Source: Takakia lepidozioides
Taxonomy: Eukaryota > Plantae > Bryophyta
NCBI GenBank assembly: GCA_030704615.1
Contig: CM060733.1
Coordinates: 5,766,001 to 5,830,000 of the forward strand
Reading direction: 5' to 3'
DNA: 64,000 nucleotides
Shown: piece after piece, positions 62,461 through 64,000 of the stretch
Numbering within the stretch: position 1 is the first letter of the stretch
Layout: every line of letters begins with the position of its first letter
The notes under the pieces: model-generated
Told to the model about the DNA's origin: nothing
What the model saw: only the letters and a program-made list of their open reading frames with translations
Databases searched by the model: none
Made by a program: the position numbers and the translations under genes

Positions 62461-63289
62461 TTCAGCTCAGCTGTTCTATTAATTAATATAACTATGGATA
62501 ATGTTTACATTTTCTTTTGGGACATACCTATGCAGAGCCCACTAAAGTAGGTACTAACTTACTAAGTACTAAGAGATATGGGGAGAAGAGCGCTCTCTCC
62601 TTTACGTACCCTCTTAGGGCGGCGGCCCCGCCTTAGTTTCTTCAAATCCTTGTGTAGCTTACTATATATCCTCCCTATTTAACTCCTAGACCATCCTCTA
62701 ATGGACAAGGCCCATGCAAACTTAGGGCTTGTTCTGATAACAATGTTGATTATTGTCATTTCTATTTATTTGAAGATGTTCCAAATTTTAATTTTCTAAG
62801 GAGCATCTGCTTGCAGAGCCCACCAAAGTGAGATGGAGGCTGAAGAAACTTTGTAAAATGTAGCCCTTACCCTCTATATATAGTGTCTCAAGGCGTGGTG
62901 GAGCCTTCTAGAACAGGGCCACCTCCTCATCCCCACCACTTCATCCCCTTCGAAAGCTCTAGAACTAGAAGCAGGGTGGCCCCTCCAGCTTCCATGCTAG
63001 CCTGTGCACTATACACTGGCCTCATATTTCACCCATTCCACCAGAGGTGCCCTACTCCCCATGGGCTGTTCCAATCCTCTCCCTTTTTTTGACCTTCAGG
63101 AATAGCCCTTGCCAGAATTTGGGACCCTTACTTTAGTGACAACTTCTGATAACAATGTCCACCTCTCTAATTGTCACATGTGGATTCCAGTCCCGGGTGG
63201 TATCCTAGATGTATTGCCTTCATGGCCCCAACAGGGTTATTTTTTCCCCTGATCCCCTTTAGTTTGATTATCTGGGCTTTTGTCCCCAC

Positions 63290-63322
63290 AAATAATAATA
63301 ATAATAATCATAATCATAATAA
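63290..63322. repeat. (AAT)n microsatellite
   Basis: Direct reading of the sequence. Confidence 0.85.
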
Positions 63323-63399
63323 CAAGCAGCTAGACGCATATGGCTCCTCTTTGTAGTGAGATCTACCTTCATCCGTAATAAACCTGAAAGTTCATCCAT

Positions 63400-63669
63400 T
63401 TATTTTTCATAAATTGTTATCTGAGGGAGGTATTGCCTTGAGAAGCATAAGCGGTTTTCGAAAAGGAGAGGAGGTAACGCCTGGGGAAGGCACAACAGGG
63501 CCTTAGCGATCTTTGACACTGATGCAGAAGTCTCCTCTTTAGAATAAAAACGAGCCAATAACCTCAAAATACAAGTCCGGAAAAACCAACCAGTAGCTTC
63601 CAAAAGAAGCTGAACTTCTTTCTCAACTGGGACCGCCCTGAACATTGCATCCTCAAATGCAAAAGCTCC
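63400..63669 (-). CDS. Possible exon of a gene or pseudogene starting beyond the window end
   Basis: Acceptor-like TTTGTTTGCAG followed by ~90 open codons (GAFAFEDAMFRAVPVEKEVQLLLEATGWFF...). Family not recognised. Confidence 0.3.
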   Translation of the reverse strand, partial: GAFAFEDAMFRAVPVEKEVQLLLEATGWFFRTCILRLLARFYSKEETSASVSKIAKALLCLPQALPPLLFENRLCFSRQYLPQITIYEK

Positions 63670-64000
63670 CTGCAAACAAAATTTAAACCTGAAGGCAATT
63701 ATGTGATTATGATATGAAGAACTGACAAATGCAGTTCACAGAATTACATTGGAAATGGATCACGTCATCCATTACCTTCAATGTATAATCATCCTAGCAA
63801 CAACTAAAAACTCTTTCCCTCCGCCTATGTCACCTATTTGAATGAGACCTCTCCACTGTCCCTACTCTACATGTAGTAGGCCGGCTTACAGCCATTCACT
63901 TAATGCATGTGCTTTTGGTAATGTCAGAAGCAACAGATGGCAGATGCACACTTGCTGGAAATTCTTGTCCTGTTCCTTACATATTGAATTGGTAGAGCGT

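Overview
Eukaryotic, intron-rich plant nuclear DNA. A bryophyte or other early land plant is suggested by gene content and TE types, but this is inference. Host genes: plastid YbeY-HAD fusion (minus strand, 8-8267, runs off the window start), an uncharacterised plant PDZ-like protein (9299-12881), plastid acyl carrier protein (35737-37436), alpha-glucan water dikinase (39410-53522) and an intronless TSPO (55550-56173). About 13.9-35.2 kb is a nested transposon island containing a tRNA-derived SINE, LINE fragments, a hairpin array, a hAT fragment, a CACTA end, two Ty3/Gypsy relics and two Copia relics. The standout is a decayed Ty3/Gypsy element (about 22.9-28.7 kb). Its pol carries a DNMT3-like C5 cytosine methyltransferase between protease and RT, in the same frame as RT, and a PHD finger at the integrase C-terminus. 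It directly abuts another Gypsy relic that has a dUTPase-like domain in the same slot. All calls come from manual reading; no database searches were run.
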